Assembly (NCBI GenBank): GCA_963837955.1
Contig: CAWIPH010000002.1
Location: 4,384,001 to 4,448,000, forward strand
Direction of reading: 5' to 3'
Length of the DNA: 64,000 bases
From: an uncultured Verrucomicrobiae bacterium
GTDB lineage: Bacteria > Verrucomicrobiota > Verrucomicrobiia > Chthoniobacterales > JAFAMB01
The notes under the pieces are model-generated. The model saw only the letters and a list, made by a program, of their open reading frames with translations, had not been told where the DNA came from and searched no databases. Positions 18,001 through 26,887 of the stretch are shown here, one piece after another; the stretch's first letter is position 1; each line of letters opens with the position of its first letter. The translations under genes and the position numbers were made by a program.

Positions 18001-18073
18001 CGGAGGTTCGGTGGCCGTGAGTACTGAACAGGATATTTATTGTGAGTTTCGGCTGAAGATTCCTGGGAAATGA
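15035..18073 (+). CDS. Membrane sensor kinase: TM-Cache-like-TM-HAMP-PAS-like-HPt-CheA-type ATPase, no CheW domain (class III HK architecture)
   Basis: Two TMs around a periplasmic domain (GLGNTGEAYIVGPDHLLRTESRF); HAMP (DEVGFLATRFNYM); HPt SRSLHLLRGSA; CheA-type FVRNAVIHGIESPEER, DDGKG, LIFQAGFTT, GGRGIGLDAV; protein ends after the ATPase. Confidence 0.85.
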   Translation: MFGARGNTKSEGLEVLPRGLGIQDKLLVFTVAIAFAIIFGLASTAFFLTAEALRKARLDGFRSLRQSLSEVITRFLADHRRNIATQAESQTFRYAAAELCAGYKNLVSDLQDAGLQVDAQFIEKLRGELREGYQRAFRTDSAKGTAAVVPGIETIDQLTWEGVLVQYVYLLKNPAPLSAKEENNLSAEIAANQNLDPGIRAAFAKTMFAEVMDRYHPAIQAVVRRNGYSDLLLIDNAGNVVYTYSKRWDFGTNVFHGWQVDETLKKAYLGAWYSPIPDDRPDGVDRVMITDLDSYPAAYNHPVLFMSCAIADRLGSRQAVLVHEVASRQLTEIVTFEQHWPEVGLGNTGEAYIVGPDHLLRTESRFLDQIPDSATVATTNLDGTPGPRSSILAAPLHNLAADRLFSSDANVNAGEVTFTDERGHRALGLFSPLAIPELDWGLVIRIDTNEAFQPASDLARSVAGVGLIILVIGMCGTLVFAHFLLRPIAKLVTTAEQIGSGNLGARAPVITADEVGFLATRFNYMIDQVEDRNQQVRKILETVNEGLLLVGPDLVIQPSYSRATTTIFRRELAGMHFLDLLHATENWELEPVVTPDVLAATAGYLDLLFNPRIKDKLIQQTNPLAEVEYHEHSEGSRSHVRFVEFQFNRVFDQGKISQIMVTVLDSTTKILLGRQIRENEARAKSQIEMLFGIIHIDPTTLAEFLDQTDAQIAGMLRALESEQYGSKTAESSVDRASRYKRLLEKMSRSLHLLRGSASMIKLTYFERLATELEEKIATVRAGKTISGEQFLPITTSLASIVDQVGMTRDLIQRLIAMQATFGRKQKVADRFGQLAEFARTVAERNKKRIHVVLEISLDGEEIPADLIDPVQNILTQFVRNAVIHGIESPEERVAKMKNPVGKIRISACRNADGSLSFGICDDGKGLNSQELKSRAVRLSYASVDKIQNWTSHELKELIFQAGFTTLDHPTRDGGRGIGLDAVRDLAAQIGGSVAVSTEQDIYCEFRLKIPGK

Positions 18074-18429
18074 AATTGCTAATCGTTGATGATTCAAGCG
18101 TGATACGGCGAGCAATCGAGCGCGGGATTGAATCAGGGGAAATCACCGAGGTGGATCAAGCGGAAGACGGGGAGCAAGCTATCCAACTATACGCCGAAAA
18201 ACGGCACGATATCATTACGCTGGATATCACTATGCCGAAGATGGACGGCTTGACTTGCTTGGACAAGCTGATGGAGATCAATCCAGAAGCGAAGGTTCTC
18301 ATCATCTCTGCCCTCCGCGATCGAACAACGGCGATTCGGGCTATCAAGCAGGGCGCCAGCGGTTTTCTCTGCAAACCGATAAATCCGGATGAACTTCGAG
18401 AGGCGTTCCAACTTTTGCTGAGCGACTAG
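18070..18429 (+). CDS. Single-domain response regulator (CheY-like)
   Basis: LLIVDDS, ITLDITMPKMDG, IISA, FLCKP; ATGA overlap with the kinase gene. Confidence 0.93.
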   Translation: MKLLIVDDSSVIRRAIERGIESGEITEVDQAEDGEQAIQLYAEKRHDIITLDITMPKMDGLTCLDKLMEINPEAKVLIISALRDRTTAIRAIKQGASGFLCKPINPDELREAFQLLLSD

Positions 18430-18436
18430 ACGAAAA

Positions 18437-18883
18437 ATGGACGATCAAGATATTAACGTCTTCATTTCCACTGCTAGACGCTATTTTGCCTCGTTGGAGG
18501 AAAGACCCTCGCTGGTGATTGAACCTCCCTTCGTTCGGGAAAAGCTTGGGCCATTCCTGGAGTATACAGGTATAATCGGCGTCTCCGGGAGAACTCGCGG
18601 AGTGGTCTGTTTCACAGCAACGGGCAAAATGCTTGGGGAGATCCTCGCCTTGTTGAAAGAAACCCGGACGGATGAGGAAGCAAAAAAGGATCTTGTAGGT
18701 GAGATCGCCAACACGTTGAGTGGAAACGCTCGGGAAGAATTTGGAAGCGATTTTCAAATTTCGGTGCCGACGGTCGTAGTTGGGCGGGAAACCCACCTTA
18801 GCCAGCGAAATGATTCACGAAATTATGCCATTCCGCTGAATTGGCATGCCGAGACAGCCTACCTTCTAGTGGCACTAGAGTAG
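18437..18883 (+). CDS. cheX: CheX-family phosphatase
   Basis: YTGIIGVSG...G.V.F, DLVGEIANTLSGNA (ExxN), FQISVPTVVVG. Confidence 0.85.
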   Translation: MDDQDINVFISTARRYFASLEERPSLVIEPPFVREKLGPFLEYTGIIGVSGRTRGVVCFTATGKMLGEILALLKETRTDEEAKKDLVGEIANTLSGNAREEFGSDFQISVPTVVVGRETHLSQRNDSRNYAIPLNWHAETAYLLVALE

Positions 18884-19108
18884 CCGAGCCGAAAAAGCGG
18901 GCAAATAGTGCCTTTATTGGCAAAACTCTTCAAGGAAAAGCACAAAATTTGAACGGCGCGCTCCCCCAGCCTGTCTATCTCTACGGTTAAGGCGATTCGG
19001 GTTTGCGCACGATTCTCTCGACTTCTACTCCTTGGCGTGCGCAACCCGGATCATTTTTTTTAGCGATCCTTGATCGAACCGAGGCTACCCGATACGCTCG
19101 CGCCTACA

Positions 19109-19795
19109 ATGCGGGAGACCATTCTCGTTATCGATGACGAGGCAGACGTAATTGACCTCGTCAGATATCATCTAAACCGGGCCGGATTTGATGTTGATGT
19201 CGCCTCAACGGGTCTGGCCGGTTTACAGGCGGCTCGACAACGACGTCCGGACGCCATCGTTTTGGACATCATGCTACCTCAAATGAGCGGCACGGAGGTG
19301 TTGCAAAGGCTCAAACGACAGCTCGACACCGCCAAGATCCCGGTATTGATGCTAACCGCAAAGGGTCTGCTGTCGGATCGCATCGCTGGCTTGGAACTCG
19401 GCGTTGATGACTACATCACTAAGCCGTTCAGCCCTCGAGAACTAGTTCTCCGACTGCAAAACCTTCTTCGACGAATTGGAAACAACCAGTCGGCGGCTAC
19501 CCTTGAAGTGGACGGATTCTGCCTTAATAAGAGTAACTTTGAGATCACCGTGCAGGGCAAACGTCTCGATCTTACCACGACGGAATTTAAGCTTCTCGCG
19601 ACGCTAGTGGAGAGGCGCGGGCGAACGCTTAGCCGAGAAACCCTGCTCCAGGACGTTTGGGGCTACGAAAACGCTATTGATACTCGGACCGTCGACACTC
19701 ACGTGCGCAGGCTCCGGGAGAAGCTGGGTATGGCAGCGGGCCGAATAGTAACGGTTCGCGGAGAAGGATATCGTTTCTTACCACAACAATCGTGA
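19109..19795 (+). CDS. phoB: OmpR/PhoB-family response regulator (PhoB-like)
   Basis: REC plus winged helix; GLELGVDDYITKPFSPREL, DTRTVDTHVRRLREKLG, TVRGEGYRF; paired with a PhoR-like kinase. Confidence 0.75.
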   Translation: MRETILVIDDEADVIDLVRYHLNRAGFDVDVASTGLAGLQAARQRRPDAIVLDIMLPQMSGTEVLQRLKRQLDTAKIPVLMLTAKGLLSDRIAGLELGVDDYITKPFSPRELVLRLQNLLRRIGNNQSAATLEVDGFCLNKSNFEITVQGKRLDLTTTEFKLLATLVERRGRTLSRETLLQDVWGYENAIDTRTVDTHVRRLREKLGMAAGRIVTVRGEGYRFLPQQS

Positions 19796-21075
19796 CAATC
19801 GTTTGGCTCATCTTTTGGCCGTTGCTTTTTTTGATTGCCGCCGGTACGGCGCTCATCCTGCGACATCACCTGGTGCAAATTCGTCAGGCCATCCGCAGCC
19901 TGGCAATCCAAGAACCGATTTCGTCCAGTGCTTCGCGGCCGGCGATTGTGCGGGAGATCTATCATGATCTCCAACAGATCGCGAATCGGCAGCGGAAAAT
20001 CGCTCAACTGGTTGCTGACGAGGATTTTAGCCTGCGTGCCATCCTCGGAAGCATGGTCGAGGGCGTCCTGGTAGCAAACCGTGATTTGACGATTCGCCTG
20101 GCCAACGATCGCCTCGCAAAAATGTTTGTACTTTCACGCAGCCCGGTTGGCCGAACGGTTATGGAGACTTTTCGCAACCACGTGCTGCATCAGATGGCCC
20201 GCCGCACGGTAGAAACGGAAGCTCCTCAATTTGCGGAACTTCCGGTAGATATCCGTGAAAAAGATGGGTTCGTCGCAAAGCACTTCCAGGTGACATCGGT
20301 CGCCCTGCGACCCCCGACTCGGGAAGGAATTGCGGGTATCCTCTTGGTTTTCCACGACGTCACCCAGGTCCGATCATTGGAAGGCGTTCGCAAAGATTTC
20401 GTCGCGAACGTGTCTCACGAACTCCGAACGCCACTCTCAATTATCACGGGATATCTCGAGACCTTGTTGGAAGCGCCGCCTGACCGTGCTACCACCAAAA
20501 AATTTCTGGGGACGATGCATAAGCATGCTCAACGCCTCAATCTGCTGGTCGACGATCTTCTCGAATTATCCAGATTGGAATCGCGCCGTCTGCCTCTTAA
20601 GTTCCAGCCCGTTCAGCTCCGAGCTTGTGTTGCCAGAGCCCTTGAGAGGTCCGACAGCTTGATCAATACTGTCGGTGCCGAGGTTATCATCGACATTCCG
20701 GACGAAATTCCACTTGCTGAGGCCGATCCGATGAAACTGGAGCAGGCTATTTTTAACCTGCTGGATAACGCTCTGAAGTACGGTGGCAAGGCCGACCTCA
20801 AAGTCTGGGTATCCGCCAAGCGCTCGGGCTCCGATCTTGTTCTCGAGGTGAAAGATAATGGCCCCGGCATTCCACTAACGGATCAGCCCCACATTTTCGA
20901 GCGATTTTACCGGGTTCACAAAGACCGGTCGAGGGATGCCGGAGGAACTGGGCTGGGGCTATCGATCGTTAAACATACGATTCAAGCGCATGGGGGAACT
21001 GTGTCTCTGGAAAGCTCCCCGGGTTCCGGTTCAGCATTCATGATCCGCCTACCGGTCATTCCGACCCAACCTTAG
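19792..21075 (+). CDS. phoR: PhoR-like PAS sensor histidine kinase
   Basis: AILGSMVEGV PAS; RKDFVANVSHELRTPLSIITGYLETL; IFERFYRVHKDRSRDAGGTGLGLSIVKH. Confidence 0.8.
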   Translation: MTIVWLIFWPLLFLIAAGTALILRHHLVQIRQAIRSLAIQEPISSSASRPAIVREIYHDLQQIANRQRKIAQLVADEDFSLRAILGSMVEGVLVANRDLTIRLANDRLAKMFVLSRSPVGRTVMETFRNHVLHQMARRTVETEAPQFAELPVDIREKDGFVAKHFQVTSVALRPPTREGIAGILLVFHDVTQVRSLEGVRKDFVANVSHELRTPLSIITGYLETLLEAPPDRATTKKFLGTMHKHAQRLNLLVDDLLELSRLESRRLPLKFQPVQLRACVARALERSDSLINTVGAEVIIDIPDEIPLAEADPMKLEQAIFNLLDNALKYGGKADLKVWVSAKRSGSDLVLEVKDNGPGIPLTDQPHIFERFYRVHKDRSRDAGGTGLGLSIVKHTIQAHGGTVSLESSPGSGSAFMIRLPVIPTQP

Positions 21076-21111
21076 CCGCGCTTAGGTGATCGGTTATCTG
21101 TGCTTCCATTT

Positions 21112-22923
21112 TTAAGTCTTCCGTTTAGCGGCCTCCGCCATCGCCCGATCAATGAGAAAGGTCGCCAGATGCTGGGTGCCCTCGTCCAGGGCGGTGTTTG
21201 CCAGTTTCAGACGCTGATGATCGTGGCTCTCAAGCGCCTCTTCGACCCCTTTCACCAACGCTTCGATCTCCAGTCTCTCGGCCGCAGAGAGCTTCTCTCC
21301 AACCAGGGTTAGTGCACTGCGGACAGCCGGAAGCAGCTCGTTACTTTTTAGCGCCGCTTCGGTCCAGACCCGTTCCGCCATATCCTCGAAGGCGTGATCC
21401 AGGGACTCAGCGATCATCTTTTCCACTGCTTCATCCGAGACATCCACGGCGCTCGATAGGTCCAGCACTTTTTCATGTCCGCTTTTGGTGTCTCGAGCCA
21501 GGACGTGAAGGATGCCATCCGCATCGATGTCGAATTGGACCCCTACGCGGGCAACCCCTTTTGGTACCGGCATAAACTCGAGCTCAAAATTTCCTAGCTC
21601 CCAATTGTCCTTCGCCAATTCGCGCTCACCCTGGAGGACCTTAATACGCATCGATCGTTGGTCAGCGATGGCATTGGTGAACATTTCGCCGGCTCGACAA
21701 GGAATCGTGGAGTTCCTGGGAATGATCACGTTCATCAATCCACCGAACGTTTCGACGCCAAGCGAGAGCGGGGTTACGTCCAACAACACCACATTTTGCA
21801 CTTGGCCCGAGAGAATACCGGCCTGGATGGTCGCTCCTACGGCAACTGCTTCGTCAGGATTCTGAGTCAAATTGGGCAAACGTTGGAATACTTCCGCCAC
21901 AAACTGACGCACGACTGGCATCCGGGTGACTCCCCCGACCAAAATGACCTCGTCTAATTGCCGGGGATCGAGTTTCGCATCATCGAGCGAGCGCAAACAA
22001 TGCCCTCGGGTCCGCCGGAGAATCGGGCGTACCAACGCGTCGAGCTCAGGTCTCGTAAGCAGGTAACTAAACCGCCGATTTCCTGGCAGGAAAGGGATAT
22101 CTATTTGGACCGATTCCTCGTCCGAAAGGCGAATCTTCGCGTCATGGCATAGCTCACGCAGTTTCGCAGCGAAAAGAGGCTCTTCGAGATTCGTCCGGAT
22201 TTCCGGATGCCTTGCCGTAATTCGGTCTTTGAGCAAACGGATCAACTCGCGATCAATATCATCGCCGCCCAAGCGCGTATTGCCGTTCGTCGAGAGAACC
22301 CGAAAGACACCTTCGTTCAGCTCCAGAATCGAGATGTCGAACGTTCCGCCACCGAGATCGTAAACAGCAATCCTGGAACGATCTTTTAACCGGTCCAATC
22401 CGTACGCCAATGCCGCAGCCGTCGGCTCATTGATGATGCGTTCAACCGTAAATCCGGCAAGTTCACCCGCCCGCTTTGTCGATTGGCGTTGTAGGTCGTT
22501 GAAGTAGGCCGGTACAGTAATAACGGCCCGGTCAATCGACCGATTGATCGCTTGCTCCGCGTCGCATTTCAATTTCTGGAGCACAATGCTGGAGATTTGT
22601 TCCGGTCGATAAGGCGTACCCGCCACGTCAATTACCGTCTGGCCTTCCCGGGAAATAACCGGATAGGTAAAACTCTCTTTATCCGATTCGCCCGTCCTTC
22701 GACCGATCAACCGCTTGACCGAATAGACTGTGCGAGCGGGTTCTAAGACGCGCATTCGATCGGCAGCGCTTCCAACTATTGGTTGCCCGGATTCCGGAAA
22801 GTAGACAACCGAAGGAGTCAGCCGTAATCCCTTTTCATCGGCCAGCAGGATCGGGAAACCGGCGTCCATGATCCCGATCAACGAATTCGTGGTGCCTAGA
22901 TCGATGCCGACGATGTCACTCAT
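21112..22923 (-). CDS. hscA: Hsp70-family chaperone, HscA-like
   Basis: [45 protein letters not shown]; clustered with hscB-like and iscA-like genes. Confidence 0.75.
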   Translation of the reverse strand: MSDIVGIDLGTTNSLIGIMDAGFPILLADEKGLRLTPSVVYFPESGQPIVGSAADRMRVLEPARTVYSVKRLIGRRTGESDKESFTYPVISREGQTVIDVAGTPYRPEQISSIVLQKLKCDAEQAINRSIDRAVITVPAYFNDLQRQSTKRAGELAGFTVERIINEPTAAALAYGLDRLKDRSRIAVYDLGGGTFDISILELNEGVFRVLSTNGNTRLGGDDIDRELIRLLKDRITARHPEIRTNLEEPLFAAKLRELCHDAKIRLSDEESVQIDIPFLPGNRRFSYLLTRPELDALVRPILRRTRGHCLRSLDDAKLDPRQLDEVILVGGVTRMPVVRQFVAEVFQRLPNLTQNPDEAVAVGATIQAGILSGQVQNVVLLDVTPLSLGVETFGGLMNVIIPRNSTIPCRAGEMFTNAIADQRSMRIKVLQGERELAKDNWELGNFELEFMPVPKGVARVGVQFDIDADGILHVLARDTKSGHEKVLDLSSAVDVSDEAVEKMIAESLDHAFEDMAERVWTEAALKSNELLPAVRSALTLVGEKLSAAERLEIEALVKGVEEALESHDHQRLKLANTALDEGTQHLATFLIDRAMAEAAKRKT

Positions 22924-22970
22924 AGGAATGGCTGGGATAGACATAGCCGCAGCAGGGCTCCCGGCAAGCC

Positions 22971-23294
22971 CTAGTGAAGCTGGTAGACACGAACCCAATC
23001 TAAACCGGCATTGGCCAGCAGCGCTTTATCATCAATTTTCTGAGGCTCAGTGGGCTCGCCCCTCCGAGCGCCGAGACTCGTCAGCCATGCACTCTGCGGG
23101 TGGTGTAAAAACTTGCCGTCGGCCTCGTGGGTCCTATTGCCATCCAGAGAAAAGGTCACCATCGTGGAGGTAAATTCATAGGCCGGCACCTGAAAATCCG
23201 CCGCGCGGTTCAGCACATTGACGAAAGCCATCACAGCTTTTTGTCCTTCCTGCCCGCAATGCGCCGAATGAGGCAAGGCGCTAAACCAGTTCAT
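22971..23294 (-). CDS. Hypothetical protein between hscB and hscA
   Basis: Co-oriented ORF filling the gap in the operon; no recognised motif; start may be 23231. Confidence 0.4.
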   Translation of the reverse strand: MNWFSALPHSAHCGQEGQKAVMAFVNVLNRAADFQVPAYEFTSTMVTFSLDGNRTHEADGKFLHHPQSAWLTSLGARRGEPTEPQKIDDKALLANAGLDWVRVYQLH

Positions 23295-23838
23295 CGAATC
23301 GGAGTTTTCGCTCTCTTAACTCGTTGATCCACTTTTCGGTAAACCTAAGGTTGAGAGCGAGCTCGGCTAAACGAGGAAGCGCTTCCAACCGATTGGCCGG
23401 CCAACCGTCATTGATTTCCCGAAGCTGTTGCAGAAGCGATTCGTGCAAACTACTCAGCTCAAGAGATAGCTCTTCGATCGTCGCCAGATTTTGCTGCAGC
23501 AGCTGAAGTTTTGCCGCCCTGAGAAGGTTAAGGGTCTCCTGCGTCAGCTGATAATAGGTTTCATCGAACCGGTGCAAGATCTCCGCAACCTTTCCAAACC
23601 ATTTCTCGACTTCTGGACTGATCACTCGATCATGCAAGTCTGCCGACTCCAGCGTGAGCAAGTGGTCGAGCCGGCTCACTGTATCGGACAAAACTCGAAA
23701 CGCTTCGTTGAGCACGACCGGATCGCCCTGCCGCTTTGTTTCGCCACCGTCATTCTTTCGGGCGAAAGTTTCGTTAAGCTTGCTCAAATCGATCAGCGGA
23801 CGCCGAGGAACATCGAACAACAAGAAAAAGTCGATCAT
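23281..23838 (-). CDS. hscB: HscB-like co-chaperone with degenerate J-domain
   Basis: DFFLLFDVPRRPLID..L, LNEAFRVLSD.VSRL.HLL; ATGA coupling to iscA; HPD motif absent. Confidence 0.7.
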   Translation of the reverse strand: MIDFFLLFDVPRRPLIDLSKLNETFARKNDGGETKRQGDPVVLNEAFRVLSDTVSRLDHLLTLESADLHDRVISPEVEKWFGKVAEILHRFDETYYQLTQETLNLLRAAKLQLLQQNLATIEELSLELSSLHESLLQQLREINDGWPANRLEALPRLAELALNLRFTEKWINELRERKLRFDELV

Positions 23839-24203
23839 GCGGAAAAGCTTTCGCCGCACGAACAATGGGCCACCGCGTTTGGATTGGTAACTTTAAATCC
23901 GCCCTTCTGCAGATCTTCGCTGAAGTCGACCGAAGAACCGCTGACAAATAAAGCGGTTTTCGGGTCCACCACGACGCGCACTCGATTTGATTCGACCAAA
24001 ATGTCCCGGTTCGCCGGCCCATCGACCAAATCCATCTTGTATTGCAGCCCAGAACAACCTCCACCGATTACCGCAACGCGTAAGGCGCCCTGAGGTCTGC
24101 CTTGGCGCGCCAACAACTGAGAAAGCTTGGCCGCCGCGCTCTCCGTCACTTTGACCAAACGCTCGTTCCCAATCTTATAGCGGATTTCGATTCCAGCACT
24201 CAC
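23835..24203 (-). CDS. iscA: Iron-sulfur cluster assembly accessory protein (IscA/HesB family)
   Basis: LRVAVIGGGCSGLQY and NPNAVAHCSCGESF. Confidence 0.92.
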   Translation of the reverse strand: MSAGIEIRYKIGNERLVKVTESAAAKLSQLLARQGRPQGALRVAVIGGGCSGLQYKMDLVDGPANRDILVESNRVRVVVDPKTALFVSGSSVDFSEDLQKGGFKVTNPNAVAHCSCGESFSA

Positions 24204-24394
24204 AGGCAGGAATATGAAAGTTTAAGGGCTAAAAAGCAACTTTTGCGCCTGCTGCCCATATTTTAACGAACCGAAAAGCGGCGCACGCTGGTCGCTAAGA
24301 AGCAGATCTCAGTCGTGTTCCCTACGTTTTCAATTTGGAAATAGGTGTACAACCAGTTGCTTCGGGCAGCTATCTCGGTTTGCTGGTGGTTCCC

Positions 24395-25777
24395 ATGGCC
24401 AGCCAACGAAAGCTCTTCGTGGCCGAGCTGCGAACCACGCTAGCTCTAGCCGTCCCAATGATGATCGGGCAGTTTGGCCAGATGCTGATGGGCATCACCG
24501 ATACTCTGGTATTAGGCAGAGTCGGCGTCGTTCCCCTCGCTGCCGTAGGTTTTTCTAATACGCTATTAGGAACGCTTTATGTCGCAGGCATCGGACTCTT
24601 GACTTCGATAGGCATTTTCGCGGCCCAAGCTCACGGAGCGCAACTGGAGAAAGAAAAAGTCGAAGTGATGCGATCCGCTCTCTGGTTGTCGCTGTTGGCC
24701 GGTACCTCGGCTGCGGCCCTAATCTGGCTCCTCTTACCGGTTCTTCGTATATTTGGTCAACCGATCGCGATTGAAACGGCCGCCCGACCCTACCTTGCGA
24801 TCGTCGGACTCTCATTGATTCCGGCGCTCGGCTCGATGGCCGCCAAAACCTTTTGTGAAGCCTTGGGCAAGCCGGTAATTCCGACAGCCATCCTCTATGT
24901 CGGAGTGACTTTGAATCTCCTGTTGAATTTGCCGTTGGTCTTCGGGTGGATGGGGATTCCGGCACTCGGTCTTCTAGGTTCTGCCATCGCCACATTTTGG
25001 TCGCGCGTTTTTGTGCTGATAGGCACCGTTGCTTACGCATTATTCTTGAGCCGATTGAAGTGGTCGGCTCTCGCCCCTTCTCGGGTTGATTGGCTCAAGG
25101 TCGGCGCCCTTTTTCGAGTCGGGTTGCCGATCGGCTGTCAATACCTCGCCGAAGTAGGTGCATTTGGCTTTGGTGCCGTCATGATGGGATGGATCGGAAC
25201 GGTTCCGTTGGCCAGTCACCAAGTCGTCCTGACGTGCGCCGCAACAAGTTTCATGTTTCCACTTGGTGTTTCGATAGCGGCTGCTGTCCGCATTGGTCAT
25301 GCCGTCGGCTCCGGAGCGCACGATGCTTTACGTCGCATTGCGAACGGGGCAATTCTGATCTCGACCGCTGTCGCCACCGGCTTCTGTATTCTCTATCTTC
25401 TGGCCGGCCACCAAATTACCGGCTTGTTTACTAGTGAGAAAGAGGTAGTCCTCCTAGCCACCCGCCTCATGATCGTGGCGGGGATCTTCCAGATCGCTGA
25501 CGGTATCCAGGTAACCGCGGCCGGTTGCCTGCGCGGGCTGGCTGACGTTCGGCTCCCGATGCTTATCGGAATTTTCTGTTATTGGGCCGTCGCTATTCCA
25601 ACCGCTTTTGTCGTCGCATTTACCGCCCAGAAGGGAGCGATCGGCATTTGGGTCGGGCTCGCCACCGGGTTATTTGTTGCCGCGACTTTGCTCACTTGGC
25701 GCTTGCTCGCCGTGACTCGTCCAGGAGTCCAAGATCGGTTTGTGTTTTCGGGAAGAGAAACGGTTGAGCCGTCCTAG
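24395..25777 (+). CDS. MATE family efflux transporter
   Basis: LALAVPMMIGQFGQMLMGITDT, GLLGSAIAT, FQIADGIQV..AGCLRG; about 12 TMs. Confidence 0.93.
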   Translation: MASQRKLFVAELRTTLALAVPMMIGQFGQMLMGITDTLVLGRVGVVPLAAVGFSNTLLGTLYVAGIGLLTSIGIFAAQAHGAQLEKEKVEVMRSALWLSLLAGTSAAALIWLLLPVLRIFGQPIAIETAARPYLAIVGLSLIPALGSMAAKTFCEALGKPVIPTAILYVGVTLNLLLNLPLVFGWMGIPALGLLGSAIATFWSRVFVLIGTVAYALFLSRLKWSALAPSRVDWLKVGALFRVGLPIGCQYLAEVGAFGFGAVMMGWIGTVPLASHQVVLTCAATSFMFPLGVSIAAAVRIGHAVGSGAHDALRRIANGAILISTAVATGFCILYLLAGHQITGLFTSEKEVVLLATRLMIVAGIFQIADGIQVTAAGCLRGLADVRLPMLIGIFCYWAVAIPTAFVVAFTAQKGAIGIWVGLATGLFVAATLLTWRLLAVTRPGVQDRFVFSGRETVEPS

Positions 25778-25796
25778 CGCTCCGGCGGCGAACCGA

Positions 25797-26807
25797 TCAA
25801 GACCTTCGAATTACAATTTCGACCCGTCTATTCAATTGCTGCTGCTCGACCGATCGATCTCCAGGCACAAGTAATCGTGTTTTGCCAAAGCCCTGGGTTT
25901 GAATACGACCTGGATCAATTCCCATGTTTTGTACCAACCAAGCCTTCACTGTTTCGGCTCGGCGCTGGCTCAGATCAAGATTGTATTCATCGCTTCCGAA
26001 AGAGTCGGTATGGCCCTCGACCCGGAAAACCGATTGAGGATTCCGTTGAATCAATCTACCTAATTTTTGCAGGCTCGCAGTCGCTCCCTCGCGTAGATTT
26101 GCCGAATCATAGTCAAACAAGAGGTCGGTCGGCATCAAGATCGGAGCGGTCCCGTTACCGACTCTACCCGAGCCCGAAAGAAGCTCGTCCAGATTGCTAA
26201 AACCCGAAGGAATGCCAGAATTTCCTGAAATCGCTCCATCTCCCGCATCCTGATTGTCCGTTTTGCCCGGATTATTCTTGTTGCCGCTGGAAATTTTCGG
26301 GCGAGTGGAAACGGTCGGCTTGTCGTTCATCAACTGCTGCCGTACGTCACTCAATTCCTTGTCCAAGGCCAACGCGCTCTCCGCTTTGGCTTTCGCCGCA
26401 GCAGTGCGCGACGCTTGGGTATCAACGCTTGGCTTCTCTTTGATATCCGGCACTTCCGGGGTACTCACTTCCGGAGTAGCCCGAAATTCTTTCATGTCGT
26501 CCTCGAACGTTCCATCGAACTGGCTGAGATTCTTCACACTGCCAGGATCAGCGGTCTTGGAACCTGGTGTGTCGCTCGGCTTGCTGTCGGGTTCGAGGAG
26601 CTTTTGATCGACCTGCAGGCGGTTGACATTAAACACCCGGGGCACTAGCCGGGGCTTATCGGACGACGCAAAATTGTCCAACGTTTTCTTACTCAGCCCG
26701 TAGAACAGGCCTCCATGGAGTAACAATGAAACGAGGACCGCCGGAATTAAAAAACGGCGCAGAGATACGGCACTGTCCGAAATAACGTCGTCGGAATAGT
26801 AGGCCAT
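25797..26807 (-). CDS. OmpA-family peptidoglycan-binding membrane protein
   Basis: N-terminal TM; LLFDYDSA.L, VEGHTDSFG..EYN.DLSQRRAE.V, NRRVEI. Confidence 0.9.
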   Translation of the reverse strand: MAYYSDDVISDSAVSLRRFLIPAVLVSLLLHGGLFYGLSKKTLDNFASSDKPRLVPRVFNVNRLQVDQKLLEPDSKPSDTPGSKTADPGSVKNLSQFDGTFEDDMKEFRATPEVSTPEVPDIKEKPSVDTQASRTAAAKAKAESALALDKELSDVRQQLMNDKPTVSTRPKISSGNKNNPGKTDNQDAGDGAISGNSGIPSGFSNLDELLSGSGRVGNGTAPILMPTDLLFDYDSANLREGATASLQKLGRLIQRNPQSVFRVEGHTDSFGSDEYNLDLSQRRAETVKAWLVQNMGIDPGRIQTQGFGKTRLLVPGDRSVEQQQLNRRVEIVIRRS

Positions 26808-26887
26808 GGTGTTCGGGAATCATACCATGGGATCATTCCGTGCCAAGTAGGAGACCCGTCTTACCATCGGTGAAGCCAAGCCGCTCG

